DNA of 56,188 bases, counting the filler, from Streblomastix strix (Eukaryota): the NCBI GenBank assembly GCA_008636045.1. It is 3 parts of 3 records of this genome, joined end to end, with 100 filler letters (N's around TTAATTAATTAA, not from the genome) between each part and the next. Parts side by side here need not be neighbours in the genome. Positions count along the whole stretch, not along the records: positions 37,527 to 56,188 come from SNRW01000591.1; 2 more parts are not named here. One strand, 5' to 3'. A model generated the notes under the pieces. That model had not been told where the DNA came from, ran no database searches, and saw only the letters and a program-made list of their open reading frames with translations. Within the stretch, counting starts at the first letter, position 1, and each line of letters opens with the position of its first letter. Positions 52,118 through 56,188 of this stretch are shown one piece after another. The position numbers and the translations under genes were made by a program.

Positions 52118-55100
52118 TCACTATTTCATATAATATCTGTCTGCTTTAATCCCATGTATGAATGGTAAACAACTTTGATTAGATAATACTATTATTTTCG
52201 TCATCGACCCATTTATTGCATTTTTCTCCATTTTCAACCTGCCCATAGTCCCCTTATGTTATGCTAACGTCATATTAATAGCCGTTGTAACAGTACCATT
52301 GTTAATACAATTCACGAATGTCTGTTCATTGATCTAAGGATTCTAATCCAAAATTACTCCTTTTAAAACAATCTCAATATTAATTATGTAATTTTTAGGT
52401 GATATAGCAATATAATTATATCCATATTTTTTGACACCTAAATGCAATATCTATTTCTTCCCATTATCTGTATATACACAATCTTTGTACCTATCATAGA
52501 ACTATTAGTCTTTGATGACTGCTTCGAACAGTTACTCAGGACCACGATTTGAATCACCGCTAATCGCCCAAGTGAGACTATCAGTATCACACTAAATGAA
52601 GTGCATTCTATTCATGTCGTATGCATTGTACATAAAGTTATATATGAAATTAACGTACCAAAACTTAGCTGAGTCTAATACGAAATAAGTTACTTATAAA
52701 CATGTATTACAGTGACAATTCTCTTTATCCAATTACTCGGCGTACAAATCATCGCTCAATTCTGTAGAATTAATGAATCCTGACATCATATGCTATAGAA
52801 ACGTTCATTTAGACGATAGCAATTTAGTATTCGAGTACTTCTCTGAATTCAAACAATCACCACCAAAAGCAGAATTCAATATTATTTTTGTAAATTATGA
52901 TAGTCCATCATTATGATCATCTTTCGCTTGCTATCTTATACTAATAAATTCCTTAACAAATGAATTGAAATTAGTATGTTTCGTAAATTTTGTAACACTA
53001 ACGATTTCGTCTATTAAGAAGTGAAAACTGTCTATTAATAACCAAAGATAATAATTATTAAAACTCATTACTTAATTCGTTGTATCAACTAGATTGGTCA
53101 ATTTTCGTTCAACAGAATCATGAGGAAGATTATGCTCGACTAGATGATGGTACATAAATTCACCGATAGTTTCCTTATTAGTCTTTATATCAATGTTTCT
53201 TAATATTTGTGCTCAATTGATCACCTCATTTAAATAGTCTTCATCGATATGACCTTTCACTTCTGCAACAGACAGATACATCTAACTGACAACTAGCTTA
53301 TCACTACTAAATCTATTAGCATCATAAATCAATTATATATATTTATTTTTTTCAGTAATCTTTTCAAATAATTGTGCTGGCATATATATTGTATTACAAG
53401 TGTATGGATTTAACGCGTTTGGTTCGCCACTCATTACTGATGGATATTAGCTATGGAAATCTAACTAAACTACATGCGTTTAAGCATAATCTGAATCGAT
53501 AGAGTATACGCACTTATTCTCCTTATCGTACTCGAAATGATTGATTCTAGTTTCATTCGCAATATTATATCGATGCATCACATTTGATAAACCACCCATT
53601 ATTCCTTTATGCAATAACTAATATACTTCATCACTTGTTAGTGTCATGGGTAATTATTTAAATAACGCATACTTCTTTAGTTGTATCAGTAATTTCATTT
53701 AGTTTTCATCACGATTTGCTTTATAGGTATTACAGTACAAGCAACATGGAATAACATTGTATTTTGAATGGCCTAACTTATTATTTTTCCTATCAAGTGT
53801 AGGACGATTCTTCCAAGTGAATCTTGCATTACAAATATGACAACGTTAGTTCTTGAATATATGTTTAAAATAATAATAATCGTCAATTGAAACATTGTTG
53901 CTGGAATCTCTACCTTTTTTACTATCTTATTCGATATAGCTTTCAACTTTCGATTTCCAATAACATTACCTTATATCTATGGACTTATCAGTTGATTCAT
54001 AATTGTAGTTACCATTAATATCGAAACCATTATAACACATAGCATATTTAATAGCATTTGCGAATTAAGCCATTGAGATACTAGTTAACATATCAACCTT
54101 ATATTTGAACATCAGATTAATCAAAAAATCAATTGGTTCGATTAATATTCTAGTATCTAATATATTATAATGCTTCAAGTAATCTTATCGTGTTTTGAAC
54201 TTTGCGGCTTCGACCAGATACTCCTTGTACTTTGATTCAGTTAGTATCTTATTTCTTAATTAATTATCAAAGGCATTAATCTGAAATGGTTCACTTTTAT
54301 TTAATTCTTCCATGTAATTATTAGTATTTATGAACTCGTGTGGTAATTTGCCTTTTTTATTTATTCCTCCAAAATCTCGAACGCAATCTTTCAATCGATT
54401 ATGTGTAGTATAAATCTTAAAATCAACGAATCTTAATCAAAAAACAAATTACTTATGTTTCATAACTATCTGTTTTGCTATTGATGTTGTGCCTAAATAC
54501 TTCGAGATAGTCCAATCTTTAGACTTCAGATTCTTAAATACAAGTGATGTATCAAATTTTGCAGAATTGAACCCAGTTTCCGGCACTTCAAAATATTATG
54601 GTATTGTTTCATCTTTGTATTTATTATCTTTCTTAACTTGTTTAGCTTCTCCGAATATCTAATCGAGCCATTTTTCTAAAAAATAGTCTGTACGAATATC
54701 GTAATAGAATGAATGTATACCGCTAGCAGATTTGACAGTTGATGCGATAGCATATGGAACTATCGTTGCAATAACTAATGAACTATCACCGAATTTTTCA
54801 TTAACTTTCTTCTCTAATGTTTCAATATCATATGTAATTTAGTATTATGTAGGCTTGAACAAATGAGTTAGATTGTTCGCTTATAGATACTTGTAAGTCT
54901 TTTTAGATAATATATGAGGAACAAACAGTTTAGCAAATCTCTCAAGATTGACCTTTTTAACTATTTTTCCACCGTAAATTTAACATTTTTTCATATGATT
55001 TCTCATTAATACTTATAGATTTGGATCCTTGATTCTGAACGCTTATCTGTGACATATATTACAATAACGGAATCCAGTTAATACTTCTACGTCAGATATG

Positions 55101-56188
55101 TACATTGTGTGCACGTTAGTTCCTTCGTTAATGAATAAGATATTGAACTACTTTTCTTTTTTATCAATTGCATAGTTGTATAATAACTCATAACGTGGTG
55201 GACTATCTGAGTAAGTATACATATATATATTAACTTATTCTTTATTTATGAAATTATCAATATCATTAACAAAATCAAATCCTTAATAATTATCTCGAAA
55301 TTCCACTCCATTAACTCTTTGAAATATGCGTTTTGCTTCAGCGATTCTAGAACAATCCTTCGATCGTTTATCCTTTGAATTTGGCATTGTGATGAATGAA
55401 TAGGCTGTTCAGAAGCATAAATTTACCTTACAATCTACATAATAGATTTCTCTTCGTTTGATATGCTGTTTTAATGATGGAGTTGCTGCACCGCATAATG
55501 GATATTGAAATATGAAGAACATTACTGAGAATATAGCTATAATTTTTTTCATGAGTATCTCTATTAGTTCTCTCTTACATGCTTCCTATAACTGTACGAA
55601 GGTATTATTTGTATAAGCTAATACTTTACTCTGATCGGATTTCAAACGGAACTCTTCTTTCAGAGTTTGCATCAATAGGAAGTAGATACTTATAAGTAAT
55701 TGTCTATGCTTCTGCATTACCATCAATTCGTTCAATAATCACTCCAAAATCAACAGCTAATTTAAAAACCTATCCCTTTTAATTTTTATAAGAGCTATTT
55801 AATAGATTATCTACGTCTTCTAGCTATGAGACATTATCGTAATACTATTTAATTGGTTTCTATTTATTTTCATTAAATTAATCATATGTACTATATTTCA
55901 GAGTCTTTGTTTCTTTATCAAACCTAGATAGTGCTTGATTCTTAATCCTATTGAATTACTCTTCATTCTATGCGTCACATAGCATAATTACATCATTATC
56001 TGCATCGACTTAATGATACCTATATTTCTCATGTACTCTAATATAATCGCTAATTTCATATTAATTCGTTTCGAATAACACATCTATATTCATCTCAGGG
56101 ACACTATGTAATTCGTCTAAGAAATTTCGATGTTTTGCTTAATTATCCTCATCTTCCATTCCGATGCGCTAATTTTATTCATTAATTC
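52118..56188 (-). pseudogene. Protein-primed family B DNA polymerase (pPolB), element 2; 5' part beyond the window
   Basis: YDIETL, GFNSAKFD, YNILDT, GGLSNVMHRY, LDFHSQYPSVM, KIILNSAFG, QCDTDSL and ISPKNY. A few in-frame TGAs. Confidence 0.92.

Larger units (their letters stand above)
44472..56188. mobile_element. Decayed Polinton/Maverick-type element 2 (runs off the window)
   Basis: Starts with an AGTAGT-type end and a terminal block shared with 816-1490 and 22210-22500. Carries primase-helicase, integrase and pPolB, with internal TGAs and frameshifts. Confidence 0.8.

Noticed and set aside
45991..56188. TGA recoded as Trp in the Polinton genes
   Set aside because: In-frame TGAs also fall at apparent Arg and Gly positions and co-occur with frameshifts, while host genes use TGA as stop. 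Mutational decay explains them better.

Overview
AT-rich eukaryotic DNA made of three separate contigs joined by N-run/TTAATTAATTAA linkers (18664-18763, 37427-37526). Genes have GT-AG introns and read TAA/TAG as Gln with TGA as the only stop, so the supplied ORF track badly fragments them. An intron-rich flagellate such as an oxymonad (Streblomastix-like) is my inference for the source. Contig 1 has a Polinton-like remnant followed by host genes: a hypothetical protein, DPH5, a TylF/MycF-like O-methyltransferase, CFAP58, an LRR protein, NUF2 and a truncated NOL9/GRC3-like kinase. Contig 2 has a degenerate DEAD-box C-terminal-domain gene and a decayed Polinton/Maverick-type endogenous virus (putative capsid genes, KilA-N, packaging ATPase, pPolB, integrase). 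Contig 3 has a complete 6.7-kb TA-flanked Tc1/mariner (DD34E) transposon with ~495-bp TIRs and two convergent spliced genes: a transposase fused in frame to an OTU cysteine-protease domain, and an SSRP1/Pob3 (FACT)-derived gene. A second decayed Polinton-like element follows (primase-helicase, integrase, pPolB). The transposon is the most interesting object. All translations were done by eye, and exon boundaries and some ends are approximate.
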